From: Takakia lepidozioides
Taxonomy: Eukaryota > Plantae > Bryophyta
Length of the DNA: 64,000 bases
Assembly (NCBI GenBank): GCA_030704615.1
Contig: CM060731.1
Location: 37,138,001-37,202,000 of the forward strand
Direction: 5' to 3'
Positions 53,701 through 64,000 of the stretch are shown one piece after another. The translations under genes were made by a program, and so were the position numbers. The notes beneath the pieces are model-generated. The model was not told where the DNA came from. It worked only from the letters and a program-made list of their open reading frames with translations, and did no database searches. Every line of letters starts with the position of its first letter. Within the stretch, counting starts at the first letter, position 1.

Positions 53701-54129
53701 GGCAAAGCAATTCCTGTAAGCCCTCAGGAACCGCCGTATACGTCGTCTCTCTCCTCCGGTGACAATGGGTCCAATGTCAGGCTCCCAATTGTCCTCCGTA
53801 ACTACAACCTTAAGTCCAGTGGGCTTAGAGGTAGAGGACGCGTCCCGTGGTTGCTATGTTGCAACCTCTTGAGCAGTACTCTCCCTGCCTGCTCAGTCAA
53901 TGACAAGGCCTCATCCTGCCCCATCATCTCATCCTTGAGGACCTCCTCAACCCGAGAAGAATCCCCAACCTCATCCATCACAGCCGCCTTGGCTGCCAAC
54001 TCCCTCTGAACCTCGAGCACCTCCCACGTGTGCCATGGATGCATGCACCCCGTGGTCCTCACATGCTCGCCCCCTCACTGCCTGTACCGTCTCGGTAGGC
54101 AGAGAGACCATTGAGGGAAGTGTACTCCG

Positions 54130-55110
54130 CACTCTGCGTTGCTCAGCCAGAGCCAAGCTGATAATCCAGGTCAAGCAATTGAGATCCATTGCTTGCCCCA
54201 ACACTTGACGACGTGATGCCTCAGAAAGAGACGACACCGCCGTGGTACCAGTGGTAAAACCCATTGCCCGCTCACGCTCGTCAGCATTAGGCTCCACTAA
54301 CTGCTGCAACTGAGCATCCCACAGGAGGCCAGGTCCACTATCCCGGAAAGCATGCGATCCTGGGAAGCTGAGCAGTGTAGGTAATGCTGCTCGTGGTTGA
54401 CCCACCTTGTTGACCACTGCCAAAGGCGAACGGTCATCGTGTCTCACACGCTGAGACTGCCTCCCTGTGTCCAGAATGTTATCCACTGTGAGATGTGCTG
54501 GCCGCTGCACCCCATCAAATGCACGCTTGAGCAGTGCGGGTGGCATCAAGTTAGTCCACCATAGCCGTGGACGATGAGCCCGTGACCCCACTGTAGCTGC
54601 ATCTAGCAACACTGCTGACCCAAGCCACGACCGGACTTGATGCACACTGGCCATCACCCTGGCCCGAGAATCGCCCATCAGTGGCACATTCTCCAAGATG
54701 TATGCTGGAGATACAGCTTGATGAAGCTGCAAGTGGCGCAAAACCCGCACCATCTCCCAAAACAGACCCGACCTCGAGTCTCGCAATCCATTGCCATGCC
54801 CGGCTGATGAATGCCCTTGGCAGGGCCAACCTGCCACTACCAGATCAATGGAGCCAACCCGCTCCAAATCCTGCGCCCCCAGCAACGAAATGTCTGCTGG
54901 CAAGGCCTGCTGATATCCACGAATTGCAGACACCGACAACAACTCAGGGTACCGCTGCACCAAACTGAGCAACATGGCGAAGTGAAACGCGTCGTGCAGT
55001 CTCATCCCTCTCCACATACAGGTAACGCCGAACTCGTACACCTGCCTGTAACACAGCAGCCAATCCGGTGCTGATCCCGCCAAACAAGTCCAGAAGACAA
55101 ATGCCTTCAT
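54130..55110 (-). CDS. C5 cytosine DNA methyltransferase, DNMT3-like catalytic domain, embedded in pol (one frameshift ~54975)
   Basis: Motif I LLDLFGGISTG, II YLYVE, IV DLVVAGWPCQGHS (catalytic PC), VI LENV, VIII RPRLWWTN, IX ERERAMGF, X RRQVLGQAMD, in canonical unpermuted order. Confidence 0.92.
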
Positions 55111-55383
55111 CCGGATACTGCCACACAATAGGTGTGGTGTCCAATGGAGACAATTGAGGTGGTCCTGGTGCAATCCCCACACTCTCCTCCTCTCTCTGAC
55201 GGTACAAAAGCCTCCACCCAGGCTTGTTGCACCCGTCGATCAGCATCCCGCTGCAAATCCTTGCTCGTGCCCCACAATGGAGTCTGAGCAACCATGGTAG
55301 GCAACTCCGCCATACCATACATGTCATCCTGCTCTCCCGGAGGTGGTACATCCTCTGAATGAGCATTGCCCTCAAGCAACTCT

Positions 55384-55830
55384 CTAGGCCAACTCACTGC
55401 CTGTGAATGCTGCTAGTGTCGGCATCTTGCCTCGCTGGGCAACCGCAACTCCTCCTATGAACGTCACAGGGAGCTGCACACGCCGGCCCTCCCCTGACTG
55501 CCATGCAGGCCTATAGGAAGCTGACTCCTCCCAAAAATCCAGGGTGAAGCCCATGGGGTACAACACTGCCCCACCAACCAGGACATCGTATGAGACTGCG
55601 TCTGTCACAATGGCCTTGGCTCGCATCACTGAGCCATCTGTAGGGTGATCCGGCCGTAGTCTGATAGCCAACTCACGCCGTGTCATGCCCCGAGCCTGCT
55701 CCGATCCTCCCAGAGACGTCTGTATCTGGAAAGGACAAGGCTCCATATCCGCCTCCGTGAGGCCCAAGCCTGCAATAGCAGCTCTGCCCAGCATCAATGG
55801 CTGAGCTCCCGAGTCCAACAAGACCGCAGT
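55384..55830 (-). CDS. Retroviral-type aspartic protease
   Basis: LDSGA active site and the C-terminal YDVLVG..VL motif. Confidence 0.85.
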   Translation of the reverse strand, partial: TAVLLDSGAQPLMLGRAAIAGLGLTEADMEPCPFQIQTSLGGSEQARGMTRRELAIRLRPDHPTDGSVMRAKAIVTDAVSYDVLVGGAVLYPMGFTLDFWEESASYRPAWQSGEGRRVQLPVTFIGGVAVAQRGKMPTLAAFTGSELA

Positions 55831-56339
55831 GGCCGGTACCTCTTGCCTGCCGGTCCACTCAAACAGAAAATGCCATCCTGGTTGTCTAACATGACAACTC
55901 CAGGTGTCACCATGGCGCGCTCAATGGCTGGCCTAGCTGGCAGCTCCATCAACCTGGCAGCTGCAGCTTGCCATGGCGCCGCCGTGGCAGTCTTGACCCT
56001 CAAATCCGAGGATCCCTCCGGCACTACACCTCCCACTATCTCCGCAGAAGATGAAGTAACCTCCCCACTCTCACAGAGTGTAGCTGCCAGCCTGAACACC
56101 TCAGCTGGTCTTACCCCCGGCGTCGCAATCATGGTAGCCGAGAACAATGGAGCCTGGCACACAGATGTGGCCGCTCCTAGCAGCACACTAGCTGCCGTAG
56201 CCTTGGCAACACTAGGTAGTGGTGCTACCCGTGTAGCTCTCCCCAATGGCATAGTAACCTCCGCCTCGGTAACAGTCGGGCGAGAACTAGGTGCCATGGA
56301 TGGCGTCGACACTGTCTCCGCCAATGTGAATGACTGAGG

Positions 56340-57972
56340 AAGCCTAGCCTGACGGCTTGCCTCCCCACGCTGGATCCAACTCCACCTCTGCACCTCGTGG
56401 CTCAGGAACTCGTGCTGCTCCTCGAGTCACGGCTGCAGCAGACTCCACCTGCACTAGTGGTAGTGCTGCTCCACATGAATCCCATGCCTCCCATATCTCC
56501 TCCCTCAGGAGCAGGAGGTGGACCATCCGGCCTTAGAGTACCACCTGAGCTGTAGCCATGGCAGCGAGCCTCTGCTCTAGCTGCTGAAGCCGGTTGGCCA
56601 TGCCTTGGTCAACACCCTGACCTCCGCGTCCTTGGCCACGTTTGAGCTTGCCCTTGGCCTCGTGGCTGGCCACCTCGTCCTCTCTGGGCTGCTCCACCTC
56701 GCCCCCGGCCACCATTGTTCCCTTGGAACTGGCCTGGGCGCAACTCAGGATGCAAACCATAACACTGGGCCTCTCCATGCCCGTGCTTGCCACAATGCCC
56801 ACACTGCAACTGTGCAGGCTGTGCATGTGCCGGCCCTTTGCCTCCCTCTGGGCAATCCTTCTTGACATGGGGTCCTCCACATGTCCAGCACACCACATCC
56901 GCCCGTTGTTGGCCAGCAAATGAAGGGAGAGACCCCTGCATCTGAGGTCCTCTCTGCCCTTCCCTGAGCTTCACCTGAGCCCCCTTGTTGCCTTGAGCAC
57001 GTTGAGGTAGTGGTTGGCTAGGAGCACCACTACCCCGTGGTGTCTCCTTAGCAAATCCCACCATGACCACTCGTTCCTCCACCATGTGAGCTCTATCCGC
57101 TCTGCCAGCAAAAACACATTTGCTAAGGTGGGTTGGGCCGCTTGTAGGAGAGTTGCATCCCGCACCCTTCTCCTCAGCTCCTTGTCCAATATCCCATACC
57201 AGAATTGGACTGCCTGAGCTTCCGTAACCCCTTGGGTTACATTTAAGCGCCTCATGCGAGTGAAAGCCTCCCTCAAGCTCTCGGTCGGCTTCCGTTGGAA
57301 CTCTTGCAAGCTCCGCAACTTCTCTGTCCTCACCCCTTGGTAGTTCCCTCTCAACTCTTCGAAGAACTCCACACAGGGTTGAAGGCAGGCACGGGTGCTA
57401 GTGCTGGTGCGGTAGTGGCTTGGGTGGACGTCGTAGCTACTGTACCACCAGTCCCACTGAGCTGCAAGCTGCCGGTGCAGCGGCAGGTGTAGCCACTGCC
57501 CTCGTGGCTCTAGTGCCCCTAGTGATGGAGACATAGTCGGGTGACCAGTACATCCTCCACTCCTCGATCTCAACCTCATGCCCCCGCCTGAACTCATGGT
57601 AATCATCCATAGGCGGCCCCTCAAGGTGCTGAAACAGCCCTTCCATGCCATGAAAGGCGTAAATAGTTGTGGATTGCGCATTTGCTGCAAATCACACCAA
57701 CTATCAAACTCTTGGATAAAATCATCCAACTCGATGGTGCCCACCGCCCCAGAGTACCTTCGTGGCCCCTTGGTAGCTCCATACATCTCCTCCATTGTGT
57801 CCCACAACAATGGCAAAGAAACAACTTGCACCGCCGGTATGAGTCCTCCTGATTCACAATCCGAATCAGAACCTTCCGTAGAAGACACAGGAGGTGAAGG
57901 TGGCCTAAACCGCACCTCGTCTCGTGTACCCACTAGTATCGCTAGTGCTCGAACCGGCACTGTCCCCAGCAA
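56340..57972 (-). CDS. gag (frameshifted) with two CCHC zinc knuckles
   Basis: FQRKPTESLREAFTR (capsid-like); CWTCGGPHVKKDC and CGHCGKHGHGEAQC; RGG-rich tract. Confidence 0.85.
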
Positions 57973-58689
57973 CTAGTGGCACCTCCGTGTTGACACTCAA
58001 CCGGTCATGAACATGTCCCTAACCCCCTCTCCACAAGGTAACCGGGTAGAGAACCTGTTGCGGCTTATGGTTTGGAATACTAAGTTCCTAACATAGCCTA
58101 CACCTGTACCTGCATCCACCGCAAGCTCCTATGGTTGGCTGGTCATCACCTCCAACCTCACCACAGGAGAAACAATGATGGTCTGGCTGGTCATCACCCC
58201 AGCCTCACCATCGACAGCATGCTCTAGGACTGGCCGGTGATCAAATCCGGACCAATCACCTAAAAAACAAGCGCCCACACAAAACTAGCATGGCGCACAG
58301 TCAAGCATGCAGGTATGGAGGGGATCCAAACACAAAATCAGAACGACAACTCCCCCACACCAAAAACAACTCCACGGTGTTGCTCCTGCAAGGACACCCC
58401 AGCCCAAACCCGGACTGACTCTTGCCTCCACCTACGGAAAGGTCTTGGCCTAATGAGAGGGTGGAAACTACGAGGAAGAGAAGCTAAAGCAATGCCTAAC
58501 CCCAGCATGCCTCATCCCAACACTCTTCTCCTCTCTTCCCTCACTTGCATGACCATGGGAAATATCATGAAGATACTCCTCAAACCGCCCTCCACGAGCT
58601 TCAAAATTCGGCCTTCCAGACCACATGCCAGTCCTTAGGCAGTCCACCAGTGCCTCCACGAGTCAGCACAGGCCGTCCACAGGTCAACA

Positions 58690-59345
58690 CGGGCCACCAC
58701 AGACCAGCACAGGCCCACACAGCTCACTGGTCACAGCCGTCACAGTCCCACAGGCCACTGGGCCCCTCACACAGCCTTCACAGCCTGTCACAGCCCGTCA
58801 CAGCCTCATTCACGGCCTGTCACAGCCCTCACTCACAAATTTTCACAGCCTTCAGTCACAGCCCCTCACAGCCCCTCACAGGCCCCACGGGCACGGCCTG
58901 TCACAGCCCGCCCGTCACAGTAAACAGCCCCAAAGGCCACAAGGGCCTGTCACAGCCCGTCACAGCCTCAACAGCCCCTCACACAGCCCGGACACAGGGG
59001 CCCACGGCCTGTCACAGCACAGCCCGTCACAGCCCCAAAGGCCTCAGGCACAGCCCACAGCCTCACAGCCCCAAAGGCCATGGGCACGGCCTGTCACAGC
59101 CCCTTCACAGCCGCCACAGCCGTTGGTCACAGGATGTCACAGCCTCACAGCCTTCAGGCACACAGCCCCTCACAGCCCCTACATGCCTTCACAGCCCCAC
59201 AGCCCTGCCTCACAGGGGCCTGTCACAGCCCCTCTCACAGCCCCAAAGGCACACAGCCCACATCACAGCCCACAGGCCTTTCACATGCCTGTCACAGACA
59301 GCCCGTTGGGCTCACAGTGGGCAGGCCCCAGCCCGTCACAGTGAC
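58690..59345. repeat. Degenerate TCACAGCC(C) minisatellite in the retroelement 5' leader
   Basis: Dozens of (t/g)cacagccc units over ~650 bp. Confidence 0.9.
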
Positions 59346-60779
59346 ATACAGGGCCGCTCTGGCAGTTTAGCCATTTCTCCAAGGGGTTTAGCCACGCCAA
59401 GCTAGGGTTTGTGTCTCTTGGACTCTAGGCTTCTTTCCACCGAGCTATGGTGGCTGTGAGGAAATCAGCAAGGTATCCTTGCTCTTTCGGCTCCCACACA
59501 CCACCATAGTAGCCCTAAGCCATGAGGTGGTTGCCACAAACCAAGCCTTCTTTCTCACTTAGCCTCCCCAAACACGCCACTAAACTCAATGGCAAACAAC
59601 CAAGCCCTGCTGGTTCCCAGCCCTGTGAGCACTCATTCAAGCACTCTCATTGCCATAGCATCTGTCTTAGAGCCTATTCCAGCCCCTACACCTGTTGCTT
59701 CAAGAGTTGCGCTCCCTTCAAGCTTGAAGTTGAAACCCCAACTCACATAGGCCCTACAAGTGCTTTCTTTCACTCCAAGTGGAAACCAGCCTAGACCTTC
59801 CGTTCTAGCTCTCTAAGCTTGAAAACAAGAGCCTCAATGGGCTGAAGGCATGCTCCACACATGCCCCACTCTCACCATAAAGAGCTCAGTTGGCAAACAC
59901 CCCTGAAAACAGCCCAGGCGCCCCATTAACAGGCTGGAAATTCAACCTCAGCAGGCACAATTAGCATGCTACATTGCCCTCACATAAGGGAAGTCAGCCC
60001 TTCCCTCTTCCTTGCTTGCCCTCCAAGCTTGAAGATGGAAGCTTCAATGAGCTGAATACATGCTCCACACATGCAACCTCTTCACACAAGAGATATCAGC
60101 CCCCTATCTTGGCTCCTTGGCTCCTTGATGCTCTCTAAGACAAGACTAAGCACTCCATAGCCTTATTGCCAAGCTCCTGAAACCCAAGGCTTACATTTCC
60201 AGCCACAAGACACTTCTCTTGTGGTGCAAGAACTCTTCTTCCAAGCTCTGAAACCCTAGGTGCAACATTCCATGGCCTTGCCGCACCTCTTAGCTCCTAT
60301 TCCAGCCCTGCTCTTGCCATGACAAGAGCCCTCTCAATGCTGAAGCTCGAGATTGAAACCCAATCTCACCATACTCCACAAAGTGCACTGATTTGCCCCA
60401 AGCAAAATCAGCCCTTTCGCTTGGTCTTGCAATCCTTCACACAATGAAAGCTCGCATTCCTAAGTCCAGTTCTCAGCTTTGCCACCAAAGCCACTATAAC
60501 CTGCTCTTGACTGGTCCTCTTCCCAATCGTGCTTGCTCATGCATGTACACAATCTGGAACCATCAAGGTGCTCTGGAATTACCTGCAGCATGGGCTTTCA
60601 TCTCTGAAGCTGAAGATCGAATGCCAAGGTCTACCACCTCGTAAACCCACATCGCCTCCGCTTCTAACAACTAAGAGCTCCACGGTGCTCCTTGCATAAC
60701 AACTTGGTTTCTCTCATTCTCAAGCAAAAACCACAAGTGCTACAACTAACTCGTATCTGGCACTCACAGATACGAGCTG

Positions 60780-60791
60780 ATCTTTCTCGAG
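60780..60791 (-). promoter_or_regulatory. Putative self-priming PBS
   Basis: CTCGAGAAAGAT directly follows the 5' repeat X and is the exact complement of ATCTTTCTCGAG inside X (60968-60957). No TGG tRNA-type PBS is present. Confidence 0.7.
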
Positions 60792-61118
60792 TAATAAAGA
60801 AGAAGAATACAAGCACAAGCTCATGCGAGCTCACAAAGCTGAAGCATAAACTCATGCATATATAACCTCATCACTCAAATACAAGTCAAGCCAAGTGCCA
60901 CCCACGCCATGGGGAATCCACACTACGGCGCCATAGCTAGGCGCGGTGAGGCTCAACTCGAGAAAGATGAGCCTCCAGCGCTTGCCGTGAAGATAACCAC
61001 TCCAGGGCCTAAATCTGCCTTGACCCCTGGATTGACACTTGGGCCAATCCCAAATGTCAATATGTAAAAGATAGCTATTTCCTAGCTAGTTTCACACTAG
61101 TGGTAAAATAACTTGACA

Positions 61119-61805
61119 GCCATTTGTAAGTACCCCAAGACATGCATCATGCAAGGCCCCTTGGGTAGGTAAGAACAGCCTGCCATACTACAGATTCATG
61201 ATATGTTCATACAAGTACCTTGAAGGACCAACCTGCAATTAATCAGATTTCAAGCATGCAACCAAGTAAACTTCTTGGGCATGACAAAACATATTGCAGC
61301 TTCACTCTTTGCCATTTGTAAGTACCCCAAGACATGCATCATGCAAGGCCCATTGGGTAGGTAAGAACAGCCTGCCATACGACAGATTCAAGACATGTAT
61401 ACACAAGCATCTGATGGACCAGCCTGCAGTTTATTAGATTCCAAACATGCAACCAAATGACCCTCTTGGGCATGATAAGACAGACTGCAACTTCATTCTA
61501 CACCATGTATAATTGCCCCAAGACATGCATCATGTAAGGCATTTTGGCATGGAAGAAGGGTCTACCATATTACAGATTCAAGATATGGACACACAAAAAC
61601 TTTGAGTGCCCGAGACCAAGCCCACTTGGTCAAAAAAATAATAAATCATACATTGCAGGTGCCTGGTCTGATGGCAAAATCAGGCAAATAATCTCTGGCA
61701 GAGGTCCAGTAGAGCTTACCAACACTGTTTTCCAAGAGGTTTATGCCAAGTTTTGCAAATAAACCTCAATATGCTCCATTCCACATCAAATCTAGGCCTG
61801 AAAGA
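61119..61805 (+). repeat. ~190-bp repeat array and flank (target of the gypsy insertion)
   Basis: Units are continuous with 49680-49781 once the element is removed. Confidence 0.85.
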
Positions 61806-62724
61806 GGCTTGTCATTGCCTTATCAGGCTGCCATCTTTAAAGACGGGGCCTCCTCTTCCTTAGAACCTAACAACCATTGATGCCTTACCCATTAAACCAT
61901 AACTCCTCTTTAAGGCCAAAACAGTACCTAGCTTAATAATCCACAGGCAATGCTGTCAAAGATTCAAGACAAGGTAAGGTCCAGATGTTGGGCTTCAAGA
62001 GACAAGCCTGTCAGGCTGAGGTGCATCAAAGGCAGCAAATCATAAGTCAAAAGTAAGAAACCAGGAGCAAGCGGGCCGAAATCGGGGCTGCCGGCAGCAG
62101 CCAAGTAAAGACGCCATACACACTAGGTTCCCGTTGCCCACATCCTTATCTGCAAGCTCAAGAGAATTCAAAGCAAGTAGGATCCTCACCTAGTCCCATC
62201 ACAAACCCCCACAAAAACCAACAGGTTAGTGAGGATTGTGGAACCCTAGGTGAATCACAGACCCCTACACTTGTCATCGATGTCAACTAAGAACCTCAAA
62301 ATCAAGAGAGAAAGACATAAAGCAAAAGGAACCCTAATCACCAAAAGCACCTTGAGCGATTGGGGAAGATAACCATGCGCCATCGCCACCAACAAGTCAC
62401 CTCTAGCAAAGCAAAGGAGAAGTGAAGCATACAAGCACTCTTGCTACGTTTAAGAAGGGAGAGAGAGATACTTCCCAACACAAGCGCCGCTGCGAAAATT
62501 AAAAGCCAGAGGAGGGAAAGAGACGATGCATTCAGAGCATAGTCTCCCGCCTATGAGAAGAGACAAAGCGCCGCCATTGCGCATCCCCAGGAGATCGTCC
62601 AGCATGGGTACGATGCAACAAACAGGGTAGCAGCAAAATGTAGACGCCATAACGCTCATCCCGCGAGCTCAAAAGCACGAGCAGTGCTTCTGACGGCGGG
62701 AGAGACACCCTAGGGCTCTTGCCC

Positions 62725-64000
62725 GATTTTTCATCCGTGCAAGATGAGTAATCAACACCACATGTTTCGAAACCCGACGGATGTCATCCGTTAGCTAGGT
62801 TTAAACAGTAGGTTATAGGGTAGGGGATACGGTTTCACTCCTTAATTAACCATAATTAAGAGTAATTAATCATCAGTCCAAGGCCATCATAGGCTGTACA
62901 TTTCATCCGGTTCAGATGAAAAAGTCATTGAGTTCATCCGTTGGAGAAAGTTCGTCAATAGAATGGAAAAACAGTAAATAACATCCAAAGCATCGGTTTT
63001 ACATCCTAACAGGTAATTCAACATCCCCAAAAGAATTTTTTTGTGCCTCATCCAGTACGGAAAAAAAGCTATAAAAGAGGAATGAACGAATTAGTATCAT
63101 GGTATTTTTCATCCGGTATGGATGGAAAAATAGGATGCCAGTGGCAACCCCTACAGAGGTAATTCCTCATTCTCTGGTGACTCATCCGGTATGGGTGAAA
63201 GTCAATAAAAGAAGAATGAAAAAATCATAAACTCAGCTTAGAGGTAATTTAATGTCCACCCTGGTAATTCATCCGGTATGGATGAAAAAATGTTATAGGG
63301 CGGGTGAAAAAATTGTCACAATCCATCCGGAAAAATAGGAAATTAACACTGATAAAACCGGCCAATTCCAAGGAGGGAGGGAGACAGAGGGAGAGGCAAC
63401 AAAGGAAAAAAAAAAATGGGGGGGGTGTGACCAGTTGCTTAGTCACACACCCCCCCCCCCCCCCCCCCATTTTTTTATTTTATTTTTTGGTTTCCCTCTC
63501 TCTCCCTCTCTCTCCCTCTCTCTCCCTCTGGAAACTGGGCTTATGGAATTGTTGTCCCGACTTCCATCTTTGAGGAAATTGAAAAAAATTGAAAAATTGG
63601 GTTGCAGGGAATTTTGGATGTTTTTCATCCAAAATACTAATTTTTCCCTAGTGAAATATTTCTTCACTAAATACCTGTGAGTTGCAAAACTCCCGTCAGT
63701 TTCTACTTTTTCAATCCAACCTGGATGAAAAAAGGACTTCATCTGACAGGACCTAAATACGGGACAAGACAAGTATAAACCCCTGATGTTTTTCATCTAA
63801 CCTAGATGAAATACGGACTACATCCGTTGAGTACACGATGTCTTTCATCTTCCGCGAATGAGAAACGGACAACGTCCGTCAGGCTTACAGGCTGACGGAT
63901 GTTTTTCATCCTGAGAAGGATGAATGATGGGCCAGACAAGGGAAAACCCTGCGCAACCCTAATGTCTTTCTTTTTGCGCTGCGAGAGAGCGCGCGCGCTT
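62725..64000. repeat. Composite CATCC-motif repeat (copies at 48384-49010 and 44470-45245)
   Basis: Direct sequence identity with the listed copies. Confidence 0.8.

Larger units (their letters stand above)
49782..61118 (-). mobile_element. Ty3/gypsy-type retrotransposon carrying a C5 DNA methyltransferase and a PHD finger, with split/permuted terminal repeats; TSD GCCA
   Basis: Ends TGTCAAG(61118)...CGACA(49782). GCCA flanks both ends (49778-49781, 61119-61122), and an uninterrupted host unit actctttGCCAtttgtaag lies at ~61304-61322. Domain order gag-PR-DNMT-RT-RH-IN-PHD. Confidence 0.95.

Noticed and set aside
53971-55182. Host DRM/CMT gene or bacterial contamination
   Set aside because: It is intronless, wedged between PR and RT within TSD-bounded element ends, unpermuted and without a chromodomain; the flanks are plant sequence.
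58545-59405. 286-aa and 239-aa H/S/P/Q-rich ORFs
   Set aside because: Artefacts of the stop-free TCACAGCC minisatellite, antisense to the element.
49782-61118. DIRS/Ngaro tyrosine-recombinase element (suggested by split repeats and a methyltransferase)
   Set aside because: The element encodes an aspartic protease and an HHCC-DDE integrase and has a TSD. No tyrosine-recombinase motifs were seen, and the MTase is C5-type, not the Dam-like type of DIRS.

Overview
Eukaryotic land-plant genomic DNA. It is probably from a non-seed plant; this is an inference from the PLS-DYW PPR style and the TE content. The left ~18 kb is genic, all on the minus strand: a disrupted PLS-E-DYW PPR gene with duplicated fragments, an orphan SUMO first exon, a multi-exon GH95 alpha-L-fucosidase with two reading-frame lesions, and an intact 3-ketoacyl-CoA synthase. 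The rest is TE-rich: MITEs (including a TTAA/piggyBac-type one), tRNA-derived SINE heads, a decayed Ty1/copia with a half-tRNA PBS, LINE relics, a CACTA end, and ~190-bp repeats. The main finding is an 11.3-kb Ty3/gypsy-type retroelement (49782-61118, minus strand, 4-bp TSD GCCA). (i) It carries a DNMT3-like C5 cytosine methyltransferase between protease and RT. (ii) It has a PHD finger after the integrase. (iii) It has a Tf1-like self-complementary PBS instead of a tRNA PBS. (iv) Its terminal repeats are split/permuted (X-internal-Y-GC-X-T-Y), exactly as expected if a 2-LTR circle was opened at an internal CA|GC|TG palindrome and inserted by the DDE integrase. Scattered frameshifts in homopolymer or microsatellite tracts may partly be assembly errors.
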